In this document: one piece after another, positions 1-10,663 of the stretch
Layout: every line of letters begins with the position of its first letter
Numbering within the stretch: position 1 is the stretch's first letter
Assembly: GCA_018262235.1 (NCBI GenBank)
Contig: JAGTRY010000006.1
Span: forward strand, 3,632-67,631
DNA from: Pseudomonadota bacterium
GTDB taxonomy: Bacteria > Pseudomonadota > Gammaproteobacteria > Burkholderiales > Rhodocyclaceae
DNA: 64,000 bases
Direction: 5' to 3'
The notes under the pieces: model-generated
Told to the model about the DNA's origin: nothing
The model's input: only the letters and a program-made list of their open reading frames with translations
The model's database searches: none
Program-made: the position numbers and the translations under genes

Positions 1-12
1 ACCCAAACGATC

Positions 13-1461
13 ATGGAATGGCTCGCCGCACCGCCATGCACTGATCTGACCGATGAGGCGGCCAAACTCAATCAGCAGCTTGATGCGCTGCACAGCCCGA
101 CCATCCAGAGCTCCCAGTTTCACAACTGCATCGAGCTGTTTTATAGCAGGGTCCTGCGTCTGTGTATTGAGCATCGCCGCGAGTTGCGCAGCCAGTCGCT
201 ACCACTACAGGCGGCATTACTGAACCGGGCACGCAATGTCGCCGACGGCCTCAAGCGTGTTGCGCTGGGTTTTGAGCGCGTTCTCACCGACACGGATGCC
301 CGTGCAGGTACGCCGCAGAAGCGCCTGAACGAAACGGCATCGGCACGCGCATTGCGTCTGCTCGGTGAGCATTTTTTGACCATGTCCCAAGCCGGCATGG
401 ACATGGAACCCGAGATCTGGCGTATTGCCTATCGTCTGTACGCCTTGTCCCGTGTCGAACTCGGGACACTGGAGCCTGCCGGCAGTCCGGTCGAAACCGC
501 TCTGTTTGCATACAAGCGCGTACTGGCCATGGTTTCGCTTGAGCCGCAAGGACTCTCTCCCGGTGAGCTGGACTGGGCCGCCGAGTATTTGGCCCGCATC
601 AGCGGCCAAGTGCACGTACAGGAACAGCGGCCACCGGGCACAGATGGCGCTTGGTATTGGCTGGATCCGTACAGTGGCGCAGAGCCTCAGGCCTGTGTGA
701 GGCGTGACCCCCCCGAAGGTAAAGCCTTGCTGTTTTTCTCGACTACAGGACTTGCCCGTCGGGCAGGTGAACAGCTCGCTCGCCACGAAGGGGGACGCGG
801 CGACAACGAACTGGGCATCGACCCCAACTTTCCCGGGGTACAACCCGCCTCCCTGCTGGAACGTCTACGCCAACGCTGGGCGTCGCCCCCCAAACGCGAG
901 CAGTCGCGCCGCAAACAGGATTACCAGGTAGAAGCTTGCGTCGGGTTGCCAAACATCTGGGCGGTGCTCCACAGCAAGGATAGCCATCCTCAGTCTCTGG
1001 TTTCGCACTGGACCGTCATCAATGAGAGCCCTGGTGGCTATGCCATCATGCAGTTGCAAGGACGCTGCAGCGGACTTTCTGCCGGCATGGCGGTCGCCCT
1101 GCGTCGCGATGCCGGCGACCCGTGGCATCTATGCGTAGTCCGCTGGATCCGCAGCGATTCCGCCGAACATGTCGAAATCGGCTTGCAGATGGTTTCGCGC
1201 GGAGCGATTCCTGTTCAAGTCGGCTTTCGCAGTAGCGAGTCAGCCAGCAGCATGTCTTGCGCGCTGGTCCTGCCGGTATTGCCGGCCTTGCGCCAGCACC
1301 AGGCGATCATGGCGCCAGCCGGAACCTATATTTCGCGCCGCTTCTCGCTGGTATCGGATATCGATCGCATCTACATCGCCCAGTGCCGTCTGCTCACGCT
1401 GGATCTGCAGACATCCAATATCGAATTGTTCCAGTTCGAGATCGATCCCTATCCAATCTGA
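13..1461 (+). CDS. PilZ-domain protein with large uncharacterised N-terminal region
   Basis: 482-aa ORF with ATG at 13. The C-terminal third carries both PilZ c-di-GMP signatures, RxxxR (REQSR) and (D/N)xSxxG (NESPGG). I recognise no motif in the N-terminal ~300 aa. Confidence 0.55.
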   Translation: MEWLAAPPCTDLTDEAAKLNQQLDALHSPTIQSSQFHNCIELFYSRVLRLCIEHRRELRSQSLPLQAALLNRARNVADGLKRVALGFERVLTDTDARAGTPQKRLNETASARALRLLGEHFLTMSQAGMDMEPEIWRIAYRLYALSRVELGTLEPAGSPVETALFAYKRVLAMVSLEPQGLSPGELDWAAEYLARISGQVHVQEQRPPGTDGAWYWLDPYSGAEPQACVRRDPPEGKALLFFSTTGLARRAGEQLARHEGGRGDNELGIDPNFPGVQPASLLERLRQRWASPPKREQSRRKQDYQVEACVGLPNIWAVLHSKDSHPQSLVSHWTVINESPGGYAIMQLQGRCSGLSAGMAVALRRDAGDPWHLCVVRWIRSDSAEHVEIGLQMVSRGAIPVQVGFRSSESASSMSCALVLPVLPALRQHQAIMAPAGTYISRRFSLVSDIDRIYIAQCRLLTLDLQTSNIELFQFEIDPYPI

Positions 1462-2669
1462 GCCAGAAGCGCGACAGGGCTCGCCATCGCCTTGCGCATC
1501 TGGCCAACGGTCACTTTGAGCAAGCGCTGATCTTCCTGCGTGATACCGGATTCACGACTCTGCTCTTCTGCAACGCCCACCACCACTTTGGCCATCAAGT
1601 CCCCCAACAGGATCGCGTCAGCCACCACACACAGCATCCACGCGCCGTCATCGGTTCGCACGACCCAACCCGCCTGGCGCATTTCTTCGAGCATGAGCTC
1701 GGTACGCGGGTGTGTTTCACGACAAGCTTGCGCCAGCTCCTGCAATTCGACAGCCCCCCCTTGACGCTGGGCATCGATCAACGCCAAAGCCAGGCGCACG
1801 GCCACCAGGATTCGTCCGGCTGGCGTGTGCGGCAAGGTGCGGTGACGCCCTTCAAAATCAGGCAATACCGCCGCAACCGTCGCCCCCAGCAAAATCACGA
1901 ACCAGGAGAGATAGACCCAGATCAGGAAAATCGGCACAACCGAAAAGGTGCCGTAGATCAACGTGAAGTTGGGTAGCTTTGTCAGATAGAAGCCGAACAT
2001 GCGCTGTACCAGCACAACGCCTATTCCCGCGATCAAGCCCCCAGCCACGCTATGCCAAAGATTCAGGCGCCGATTCGGAATGGCGTGAAACATGAAGGTA
2101 AACAAGGCGGACAGCAAAACTGCAGTCATCAAGCGATCCAGCAATGCGCGCCCCCAGGCGACCTCTGCTACCACGCCTGACGAAATGGCCAGCAACTGGC
2201 TACCCGCCGCAATACTCACCGCAAACAGGACGGGTCCAAGCGTCAATGCCAGCCAATACACCGGAATGCGGACATACCAGGCACGCGGCCGCCGCACACC
2301 CCAGATACTGGCAAATGTCCGATCAATCGTGGCAAACAGCATGACCGCCGTCACCACCAGAAAGATACTGCCGACAACCGTCAGGCTTGAAGCTTTCTCG
2401 CTGAACTGCAAGGCATACGTGGCCACCACCTTGCCCGCCCGCTCGGGCAGCAAGTTTTGCAGGAGAAAACCGCGCATGCCCTCGCCCAGTTTCATGAATG
2501 GCGAAAACTGTCGCATCACCGTGAGGACCACGGTGATCATGGGCACCAGAGACAGCAGCGTGGTATAGGTCAGCGATCCCGCAGTCTGGAGCACCCGAAC
2601 CTCAAAGAACTTGCGCTGAACAAGTTGCACCAGATCCAGCATCGGTGGGGAAACAAAACGGGTTCTCAT
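1449..2669 (-). CDS. yihY: YihY/BrkB family inner-membrane protein (former ribonuclease BN-like) with C-terminal soluble extension
   Basis: 406 aa. The N-terminus AGSLTYTTLLSLVPMITVV plus multiple TM segments is typical of YihY. A ~110-aa non-membrane tail follows. An alternative ATG lies at 2642. Confidence 0.8.
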   Translation of the reverse strand: MRTRFVSPPMLDLVQLVQRKFFEVRVLQTAGSLTYTTLLSLVPMITVVLTVMRQFSPFMKLGEGMRGFLLQNLLPERAGKVVATYALQFSEKASSLTVVGSIFLVVTAVMLFATIDRTFASIWGVRRPRAWYVRIPVYWLALTLGPVLFAVSIAAGSQLLAISSGVVAEVAWGRALLDRLMTAVLLSALFTFMFHAIPNRRLNLWHSVAGGLIAGIGVVLVQRMFGFYLTKLPNFTLIYGTFSVVPIFLIWVYLSWFVILLGATVAAVLPDFEGRHRTLPHTPAGRILVAVRLALALIDAQRQGGAVELQELAQACRETHPRTELMLEEMRQAGWVVRTDDGAWMLCVVADAILLGDLMAKVVVGVAEEQSRESGITQEDQRLLKVTVGQMRKAMASPVALLAQIG

Positions 2670-2773
2670 CGCCTGTCCAAGGTTCGTATAATGCAGACCA
2701 TTCTAACGGGTCGCTTGTCTCGACATACAAGCGCCCCGATCAACGACAGCCGGCCCCACTTACGGACTCTCCC

Positions 2774-3124
2774 ATGCGACTGCATCATCTTCGCCACGCC
2801 GCGCTGGCTTGCCTGCTCCTGCTGATCGCCGTCTGCATAGCAACGGAACTCTGGCTCGCCCCCGTACGACCGGGCGGCTCATGGCTGGTACTGAAAGTAG
2901 TGCCTTTGCTGCTCGCTTTGCGCGGGTTTCTGTATGGCCGCCGCTATACCTTCCAGTGGATGAGCCTGCTGGTCTGGCTGTATTTCACAGCCGGGGTGCT
3001 ACGCGCCTGGGGAGATCACGGCGACGCCGCACTTCTGGGCGGTACCGAATCAGGGCTCTCACTCCTGCTGTTTGCCTTGAGCTGCGCATTTGCGTTCTAC
3101 TCCGCCCCCTCACGCCAGGCTTGA
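2774..3124 (+). CDS. DUF2069-like small membrane protein
   Basis: ATG at 2774 within ORF 2645..3124. The ~116-aa product has 4 hydrophobic segments (MRLHHLRHAALACLLLLIAV...). Its position next to yihY matches what I recall for DUF2069 in Betaproteobacteria. Confidence 0.55.
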   Translation: MRLHHLRHAALACLLLLIAVCIATELWLAPVRPGGSWLVLKVVPLLLALRGFLYGRRYTFQWMSLLVWLYFTAGVLRAWGDHGDAALLGGTESGLSLLLFALSCAFAFYSAPSRQA

Positions 3125-3164
3125 ATCCACCCGGCCAGGCCGGCCATCACGCCCCAATGCATGG

Positions 3165-3204
3165 GTGATGCCTCCGGGGCATCACGAACAGAAGCGTTCT
3201 GTTC
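3165..3204. terminator. Two adjacent hairpins between convergent genes
   Basis: GTGATGCC/GGCATCAC (3165-3185) followed by GAACAG/CTGTTC (3186-3204). Neither has a strong U-tract. Confidence 0.3.
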
Positions 3205-3240
3205 CGGGGAAGGCCTGACAGCCCAGAGCACAACTGCACG

Positions 3241-4023
3241 TTACTTTTGCGCAGGAGTGCGGCACTTGCGCAGACGGCGCACCGCCGTCATGGCATACCC
3301 CGACAAACCGTAACAGACAAACAGGCCGAACAGCACGCCAGGTGGATAGCTGCTCACTGCAGCCAGCACGCCCACAATCAGCAAGGGCACGGCAAACGGC
3401 ACGGCACGGCGGAGATTGATGTCCTTCCCACTCCAGAACAGCACATTGGTCACCATGCTGATCCCGGAAAACATCGCAAAACCACACGCCAGGTAGCGCA
3501 CCGGGATCCCGATGAAAGTCTCTGCGCCACTGAAGCCGTTATCGATCATGACCCACACAAAGCCGGTCAGCAATGCCGCCGCCGCGGGGCTCGGCAAACC
3601 CTGGAAAAATCGTTTGTCGACCACAGCAATATTGGTATTGAACCGCGCCAGGCGCAGTGCGGCACTGACGCAATAGATGAACGCAGCAATCCAGCCCAGC
3701 TTGCCCAGATCCTTGAGCGCCCACTCGTAAGTCACGAGAGCTGGCGCTGCGCCAAAGGCCACCATATCCGACAGGGAGTCGTACTCGGCCCCGAATTGAC
3801 TCTGTGTGTTGGTCAGGCGCGCAACACGGCCATCCAGTCCATCCAGCACCATCGCCACGAAAATCGCGACTGCAGCCTGCTCAAAAAACCCGTTCATGGC
3901 CTGGACGATGGCGTAAAAGCCGGCGAACAGCGCCGCCGTCGTAAATAGATTCGGCAGAATGTAAATCGCACGGCTGCGATGTTTATCTTCAGATTCATCC
4001 ATCAGCGGAAGCTGTTCACTCAT
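3241..4023 (-). CDS. pssA: CDP-diacylglycerol--serine O-phosphatidyltransferase
   Basis: 260 aa with the CDP-alcohol phosphatidyltransferase motif DGLDGRVARLTNTQSQFGAEYDSLSD and multiple TM helices. Confidence 0.9.
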   Translation of the reverse strand: MSEQLPLMDESEDKHRSRAIYILPNLFTTAALFAGFYAIVQAMNGFFEQAAVAIFVAMVLDGLDGRVARLTNTQSQFGAEYDSLSDMVAFGAAPALVTYEWALKDLGKLGWIAAFIYCVSAALRLARFNTNIAVVDKRFFQGLPSPAAAALLTGFVWVMIDNGFSGAETFIGIPVRYLACGFAMFSGISMVTNVLFWSGKDINLRRAVPFAVPLLIVGVLAAVSSYPPGVLFGLFVCYGLSGYAMTAVRRLRKCRTPAQK

Positions 4024-4176
4024 ATCATTCCCTCTGCCTGCTCAACGCAGGCCCAGAACGACTCCACGCACCGGCAAACCTGCCGGACATCTCGCGAGTC
4101 GGTTACCAGAATACAACGAGGGGGCAGAAACCGGTGCAACCAGCTCCGGCCTCTTCCCCCTCCAGGACCTGCCAGA

Positions 4177-5268
<1,092 letters not shown>

Positions 5269-5760
5269 CTAAATTTTCAGTACGCGGTCACCACGGCCTA
5301 TGCCGCAAACACCGGAACGCACGGTTTCAAGAATCAGCCCGCCATCCAGAGCCCCCAGGAACGAGTCCAGTTTTTCCTGGGTCCCGGTCAGTTCGATGAC
5401 GTAGCTGGCATCAGTCACATCAATAATGCGGCCACGGAAGATGTCCGCCATCCGCTTCATTTCTTCACGCGCAGCCCCAACCGCCCGAACCTTGACGAGC
5501 ATGAGTTCGCGCTCGATATGCGCAGCCTCCGACACATCGATCACCTTGACCACGTCTACCAGCTTGTTGAGCTGCTTGGTGATCTGTTCGATAACCTCGT
5601 CAGAACCGGAGGTCACGATGGTCATGCGCGACATCGAGGCATCCTCGGTCGGCGCCACCGTCAGGGATTCAATATTGTAGCCACGGGACGAAAACAGCCC
5701 CGACACGCGCGACAGCGCGCCAGCTTCATTTTCCAGCAAGAGAGAGAGTACGTGTCGCAT
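5269..5760 (-). CDS. ilvH: Acetolactate synthase small (regulatory) subunit
   Basis: ACT-domain start MRHVLSLLLENEAGALSRVSGLFSSRGYNIESL. The ATG at 5760 is preferred over the GTG at 5784 used by the ORF track. Confidence 0.92.
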   Translation of the reverse strand: MRHVLSLLLENEAGALSRVSGLFSSRGYNIESLTVAPTEDASMSRMTIVTSGSDEVIEQITKQLNKLVDVVKVIDVSEAAHIERELMLVKVRAVGAAREEMKRMADIFRGRIIDVTDASYVIELTGTQEKLDSFLGALDGGLILETVRSGVCGIGRGDRVLKI

Positions 5761-5780
5761 GGCAGTCCGCCCAGTCGAAG

Positions 5781-7490
5781 TCACAGGTCTTCAGAAGACA
5801 GGATCATCTCGTTGAGACCCTTGCCCCCTTGAATCATCGGATAGACATTCTCGGTCTGGTCGATCCGGAAATCCAGGAAGACCAGATCATCCTTGCGCTT
5901 GAAGGCCTCGCGCAAGGCACCTTCCACGTCACCCGGCTTGGTGATCTGCAGTCCGACGTGACCATACGCCTCTGCCAGTTTCGCAAAATCCGGCAACGAG
6001 TCCATATAAGACTCCGAATACCGGTTGCCGTGGAAGATTTCCTGCCACTGACGCACCATGCCCAGATAACGGTTGTTCAAACTGATGATCTTGATCGGCA
6101 GGCGATATTGCTTGCAGGTCGACAACTCCTGGATACACATCTGGATCGACCCCTCTCCTGTGATACAGGCGACAGGAGAACCCGGGTGCGCCAGTTGCAC
6201 CCCCATTGCTGCAGGCAGACCAAAGCCCATGGTACCCAGGCCGCCAGAGGTTACCCAACGACGCGGCTTGTCGAATTTGTAATATTGCGCAGACCACATC
6301 TGGTGCTGGCCCACATCCGTGGTGATGAACGCATCCCCTCCGGTGATCTCCCAGAGCTTCTGAACCACGAACTGCGGCTTGATGATTTCGTTGGAGTTCT
6401 TGTAGCCAAGACTGTCACGACTGCGCCACTCATCAACCTGCCGCCACCAGGCGGCCAGGCATTCTGCGTCTGGCCGTTCGCTGCCGGCTTCCAGATACGC
6501 GATCATGTCGTCCAGCACATCGCCCACATCGCCCACGATGGGCACATCAACCCTGACCCGTTTGGAAATCGAGGAAGGATCAATGTCGATATGAATGATC
6601 TTGCGCGGTTCCTGCGTGAAATGCTCGGTATTTCCGATCACCCGGTCGTCAAACCGCGCACCGACCGCCAGCAGCACATCGCAGTAATGCATGCCCATAT
6701 TGGCCTCATAGGAACCATGCATCCCCAGCATGCCGACAAACTGGCGATCCGAAGCGGGAAAACCACCCAGCCCCATGAGTGTATTGGTACAGGGAAAGTT
6801 GAGCAGCCGGGCCAGCTTGGTCAGTTTCTCTGCCGCATTCGAGAGCACCACCCCGCCGCCTGAATAAATCATCGGGCGACGCGCTTCGAGCAGCAGTTGC
6901 ACAGCCTTGCGGATCTGGCCTGAATGTCCCCGGGTAACCGGATTGTAAGACCGCAAATTGACCGTTTCGGGATAAGCAAACTCACAGCGCTGGGCCGTGA
7001 CATCCTTGGGGATATCCACCAGCACAGGGCCTGGACGGCCAGTACTGGCAATCAGGAAAGCCTTCTTGAGCGTTGCCGCTATATCCCGCGCATCCCGAAC
7101 AAGGAAATTGTGCTTCACGCACGGACGGGTAATGCCGACCGTATCGACTTCCTGGAATGCATCCAGCCCTATCGCCGCGGTCGGGACCTGGCCACTGATG
7201 ATCACCAGCGGGATCGAATCCATATAGGCCGTCGCAATCCCTGTCACAGCATTGGTCGCTCCGGGACCGGAAGTCACCAGCGCAACCCCGACCTTCCCGG
7301 TCGTCCGTGCATAACCATCCGCTGCATGCACTGCGGCCTGCTCATGGCGAACCAGCACGTGACGGACCTTGTCCTGCTTGAATAATTCGTCGTAAATGAA
7401 GAGAACGGAGCCACCAGGATAGCCGAACAGATATTCGACCTTTTCTTCCTGCAAGCACCTCACTACAATTTCCGCACCGGTCAAGACCAT
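5781..7490 (-). CDS. ilvI: Acetolactate synthase large (catalytic) subunit
   Basis: ThDP enzyme. It has the N-terminus LTGAEIVVRCLQEEKVEYLFGYPGG and a GGLGTMGFGLPAAMG ThDP-binding region. Start taken at ATG 7490; the ORF track start is 7514. Confidence 0.95.
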   Translation of the reverse strand: MVLTGAEIVVRCLQEEKVEYLFGYPGGSVLFIYDELFKQDKVRHVLVRHEQAAVHAADGYARTTGKVGVALVTSGPGATNAVTGIATAYMDSIPLVIISGQVPTAAIGLDAFQEVDTVGITRPCVKHNFLVRDARDIAATLKKAFLIASTGRPGPVLVDIPKDVTAQRCEFAYPETVNLRSYNPVTRGHSGQIRKAVQLLLEARRPMIYSGGGVVLSNAAEKLTKLARLLNFPCTNTLMGLGGFPASDRQFVGMLGMHGSYEANMGMHYCDVLLAVGARFDDRVIGNTEHFTQEPRKIIHIDIDPSSISKRVRVDVPIVGDVGDVLDDMIAYLEAGSERPDAECLAAWWRQVDEWRSRDSLGYKNSNEIIKPQFVVQKLWEITGGDAFITTDVGQHQMWSAQYYKFDKPRRWVTSGGLGTMGFGLPAAMGVQLAHPGSPVACITGEGSIQMCIQELSTCKQYRLPIKIISLNNRYLGMVRQWQEIFHGNRYSESYMDSLPDFAKLAEAYGHVGLQITKPGDVEGALREAFKRKDDLVFLDFRIDQTENVYPMIQGGKGLNEMILSSEDL

Positions 7491-7556
7491 TCCAGCCACC
7501 CAGCAACCCAACAAAAGAACCTGCTACCATACCGACGCGCTAATGATTGGTCAAGG

Positions 7557-8159
7557 TTGCGACAGGCACGCACACTCAGAACAGGTCAGACTCTGGCATC
7601 CCGCATCGAACTCTCTGACTTTCTCGCCGCCGTTGAACGGCGAGCCTATCGGCAGGCGCAATTTGCTTTGCGCGACGAGGAATCCGCATTGGATGTGGTG
7701 CAGGACGCCATGCTCAGCCTTGCCGAAAAGTACGGCCACAAACCGCCCGAAGAACTGCCGATGCTGTTCCAGCGCATCCTGCAGAACGCGATCCGCGATC
7801 ACATGCGCCGCTCAAAGGTACGGAACCTTTGGGTCACATTGTTGTCTGCGTTCGGTAGCAACAATGACGACTCCGCCAGTGATCCACTGGAAAGCATCGA
7901 AGCCGACGATTCCGGCTGCATCCCGAACAGCCCGCATGGACAACTGGAACAAGCCCAGATCCTGAACTCGATCGAGCGGGAAATCGAAAAGTTGCCGGCA
8001 CGTCAACGTGAAGCCTTCCTCATGCGTTATTGGGAGGAAATGGATATTGCCGAAACCGCTGCTGCAATGGGTTGTTCCGAAGGCAGCGTAAAAACGCATT
8101 GCTCGCGCGCAACGACCACCCTGGCAGCAGCCTTGCGCGCAAAAGGAATCGAATTATGA
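7557..8159 (+). CDS. ECF-type RNA polymerase sigma-70 family factor
   Basis: Region 2 (DVVQDAMLSLAEKY) and region 4 (LPARQREAFLMRYWEEMDIAETAAAMGCSEGSVKTH) are present. The start is TTG at 7557 and is uncertain. Confidence 0.85.
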   Translation: MRQARTLRTGQTLASRIELSDFLAAVERRAYRQAQFALRDEESALDVVQDAMLSLAEKYGHKPPEELPMLFQRILQNAIRDHMRRSKVRNLWVTLLSAFGSNNDDSASDPLESIEADDSGCIPNSPHGQLEQAQILNSIEREIEKLPARQREAFLMRYWEEMDIAETAAAMGCSEGSVKTHCSRATTTLAAALRAKGIEL

Positions 8160-8551
8160 ACAAGCCCCACATCGACGAACGCGAACTCGGTCAATTCATA
8201 CGCAACAAGCTCAATGGCAGCCTGATCCATCTGGACAAGCCGGTGCTTGACCGTCTGCATCTCGCTCGTCAGGCTGCCCTGGCCCGCCAACCAGCCCTGT
8301 CGGCCCAGTTCTCGCTCGCTGGAGCCGGGCGCCACACCTGGGTCTGGTGCGAAGACAACCTGCGTCCTTTCCTGGTAGCGCTCAGTCTGGTTGTAGCCAT
8401 TCTCGGTGTTAATCAGATCATGTCCATGCAACGCATTGACGATCTGGAAGATATCGATTCCGCCTTGCTGACCGACGATCTCCCCATCAACGCCTATCTG
8501 GATACCGGTTTTCATTCATGGCTGGCTGCAGACGCCTCGTCACAGCGCTGA
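8156..8551 (+). CDS. DUF3619-like single-pass membrane protein (candidate anti-sigma)
   Basis: ATG at 8156 overlaps the sigma-factor stop as ATGA. The 131-aa product has one TM (LRPFLVALSLVVAILGVNQIM). Confidence 0.6.
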   Translation: MNKPHIDERELGQFIRNKLNGSLIHLDKPVLDRLHLARQAALARQPALSAQFSLAGAGRHTWVWCEDNLRPFLVALSLVVAILGVNQIMSMQRIDDLEDIDSALLTDDLPINAYLDTGFHSWLAADASSQR

Positions 8552-9081
8552 TCCTGCTGCTGGCCGCGCTTTCTGTTCAGGCCCAAAGCCTGGCGCAACA
8601 GCCTGTCTGGAGCCAGCTCAACGCACAGCAACGCACAGCGCTGGCTCCGCTGTCCAGCGAATGGAACAGCATGTCTGACGCACGCAGACAGAAATGGCTG
8701 GGGATTGCCCGTCGCTACGCCTCGCTAAGCCCGATCGAACAAGCCAGAATGCAGGACAGAATGCGCGAATGGGTCGCTTTGACACCAGCTCAACGCGAAC
8801 TTGCCCGCACCCAGTACAAGAAATTGCGCTCGGCGCCGGCTGCGCAGAAAGTCGAGCTGGAACGCAAATGGCAGGAATATGAAGCGTTGTCGAGTGAAGA
8901 GAAGCAACGCCTGCAAGCAAAGCCGGTCACCCGCATCACCGTTTCGGCCGGCGCTTCCCAGCCTGCAGCCCCTTATGCCACAACGGTTCCAAAGCTGCTG
9001 ATCCAGGCACCACCAAGCACCAAATCCGCTCGCGCGCTGGCTGCCGTGTCTCCCGTCCCCTCAAGCGATCAATCCCGCTAA
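8518..9081 (+). CDS. DUF3106-like secreted protein
   Basis: Signal peptide MAGCRRLVTALILLLAALSVQAQS. Repeated helical motif (RRQKWLGIARRYASLSPIEQARMQDRMREW / LTPAQRELARTQYKKL / LSSEEKQRL). It overlaps the upstream gene by 34 nt. Confidence 0.6.
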   Translation: MAGCRRLVTALILLLAALSVQAQSLAQQPVWSQLNAQQRTALAPLSSEWNSMSDARRQKWLGIARRYASLSPIEQARMQDRMREWVALTPAQRELARTQYKKLRSAPAAQKVELERKWQEYEALSSEEKQRLQAKPVTRITVSAGASQPAAPYATTVPKLLIQAPPSTKSARALAAVSPVPSSDQSR

Positions 9082-9101
9082 GCTCTTCCCGTGCGCCTCA
9101 C

Positions 9102-9581
9102 ATGAACCTGCCTCTCGCGGCCGCAGAACGCCAAGTCGTTGCCCCTGCTTCCATACGTCGCCGCCTGGCCAGCATGCTCTATGAAAGCCTGCTCTTGCTC
9201 GGCGTACTGGCGGTCGGCTTCATCGCTCCATTGACCGCACTCGGGGTGCTGTTTCATATCCAGATCCCGGGTAGCGTGGAGTGGCTGCTGCTATTTGTAT
9301 TGTTCGGAATCTATTTCATCGGTCTGTGGCGACGCAACGGACAGACCTTGGCCATGCAGACCTGGCAGTTGCAGCTGGTGGATGTACAGACTGGCAAAAC
9401 ACCCGGTTTCAGCCGCTGCCTGCTGCGCTACGTACTGGCCTGGCCTTCCTTGTTATTCATCCTGAGCGGGTTCGGTCTGCTCTGGGCCGCATTCATTGAT
9501 CGAGACAGACAGTTCCTGCACGACCGGCTGGCAGGCACTTGCCTGGTCTACAACCCGCATCGCGCGCAGGAAGTCAGCTGA
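9102..9581 (+). CDS. RDD family membrane protein
   Basis: 159 aa with three TM segments. The C-terminal FLHDRLAGTCLV is typical of RDD-domain proteins. Confidence 0.7.
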   Translation: MNLPLAAAERQVVAPASIRRRLASMLYESLLLLGVLAVGFIAPLTALGVLFHIQIPGSVEWLLLFVLFGIYFIGLWRRNGQTLAMQTWQLQLVDVQTGKTPGFSRCLLRYVLAWPSLLFILSGFGLLWAAFIDRDRQFLHDRLAGTCLVYNPHRAQEVS

Positions 9582-9589
9582 ACGTCTGC

Positions 9590-10663
9590 TCAGCGCCGGT
9601 CCACGGTCCACATCATGCCGACCGCCAGCAGGAAGAAGATCACACTCGGAGTCACCGCACTCAGAATGGGATGCCAATTGTTGATGATGCCCAGGTTCGA
9701 GAACAAGGCATTCAGCAAATAGAACCCGATCCCCAGCATCACTCCGGTCAGAACCCGCGTTCCTACATTCACCGTCCGCTGGTTACCCAGAGAGAACGGC
9801 AAGGCCAGCCCCATCATCACCAAGGCGGCAAGCGGGTAGACCAGTTTTTTCCAGAAAGCGACTTCGTAACGCCCGGTGCGTTGCGCGTTTGCTTCCAGAT
9901 GCTTGGTGTATTGGTACAAGCTGCCGATGGCCATGCGCTCCGGCGTCACCATGACCACGCTGATCATTTCCGGCGTCAACTCCGAAGCCCAACGCAGCGT
10001 TGGCAGTCTGGACGACTCGATCCGCTGGTCCATGAACCGGGTCTGCACCACATCGCTCAACAGCCAGCCCTGATCCTTTGAATACGCACCTTTCTCGGCC
10101 AGATTCATCGAGAGCAGATGATGCTGTGCATCGAATTCGAAGATCTTGACCTTTTCCAGACTGGCATCCGGCAACACCCGGCGGACATTCACAAACAGAC
10201 GCCCATCCCGCATCCACATCCCGGTCCGCAATTCCTGTGGCACGCTGGCGTTCGTACTGCGCAGACGCCATTTCTGCGCCACGCGTTCCAGAGGCGGGGC
10301 AACATATTCCCCGATCACGAAAGTCAGCACCACGAAGATCAGGCCCGTCCTCAACACGGCGCCCAGCAAGCGCATGGTGGAAACACCAGCGGCACGCAAT
10401 ACGGTCAGCTCGGAATTGCGGGCAAACTGGGTCAGTGCATACAGCGTACCAATCAGCACCGCAATCGGCATGATTTCATAGGTACGGCTGGGAATCGACA
10501 AGGCGACAAAGATGAAGGCGTGCTTGATCTGGTAGCCACCTTTGCCCAGTTCTTCGAGTTCAGCCAGAAAATCGAAGAAGGTGAACAGGCACAGGAATGC
10601 GCCCAGCACCAGCATCGTGGCGCCAACGATTTCGCGACGCAAATAGGCGGAAGCAGTTTTCAT
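9590..10663 (-). CDS. lptG: LPS export ABC transporter permease LptG
   Basis: 357 aa with YjgP/YjgQ permease topology. Its ATG overlaps the lptF stop as ATGA (10660-10663). Confidence 0.85.
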   Translation of the reverse strand: MKTASAYLRREIVGATMLVLGAFLCLFTFFDFLAELEELGKGGYQIKHAFIFVALSIPSRTYEIMPIAVLIGTLYALTQFARNSELTVLRAAGVSTMRLLGAVLRTGLIFVVLTFVIGEYVAPPLERVAQKWRLRSTNASVPQELRTGMWMRDGRLFVNVRRVLPDASLEKVKIFEFDAQHHLLSMNLAEKGAYSKDQGWLLSDVVQTRFMDQRIESSRLPTLRWASELTPEMISVVMVTPERMAIGSLYQYTKHLEANAQRTGRYEVAFWKKLVYPLAALVMMGLALPFSLGNQRTVNVGTRVLTGVMLGIGFYLLNALFSNLGIINNWHPILSAVTPSVIFFLLAVGMMWTVDRR

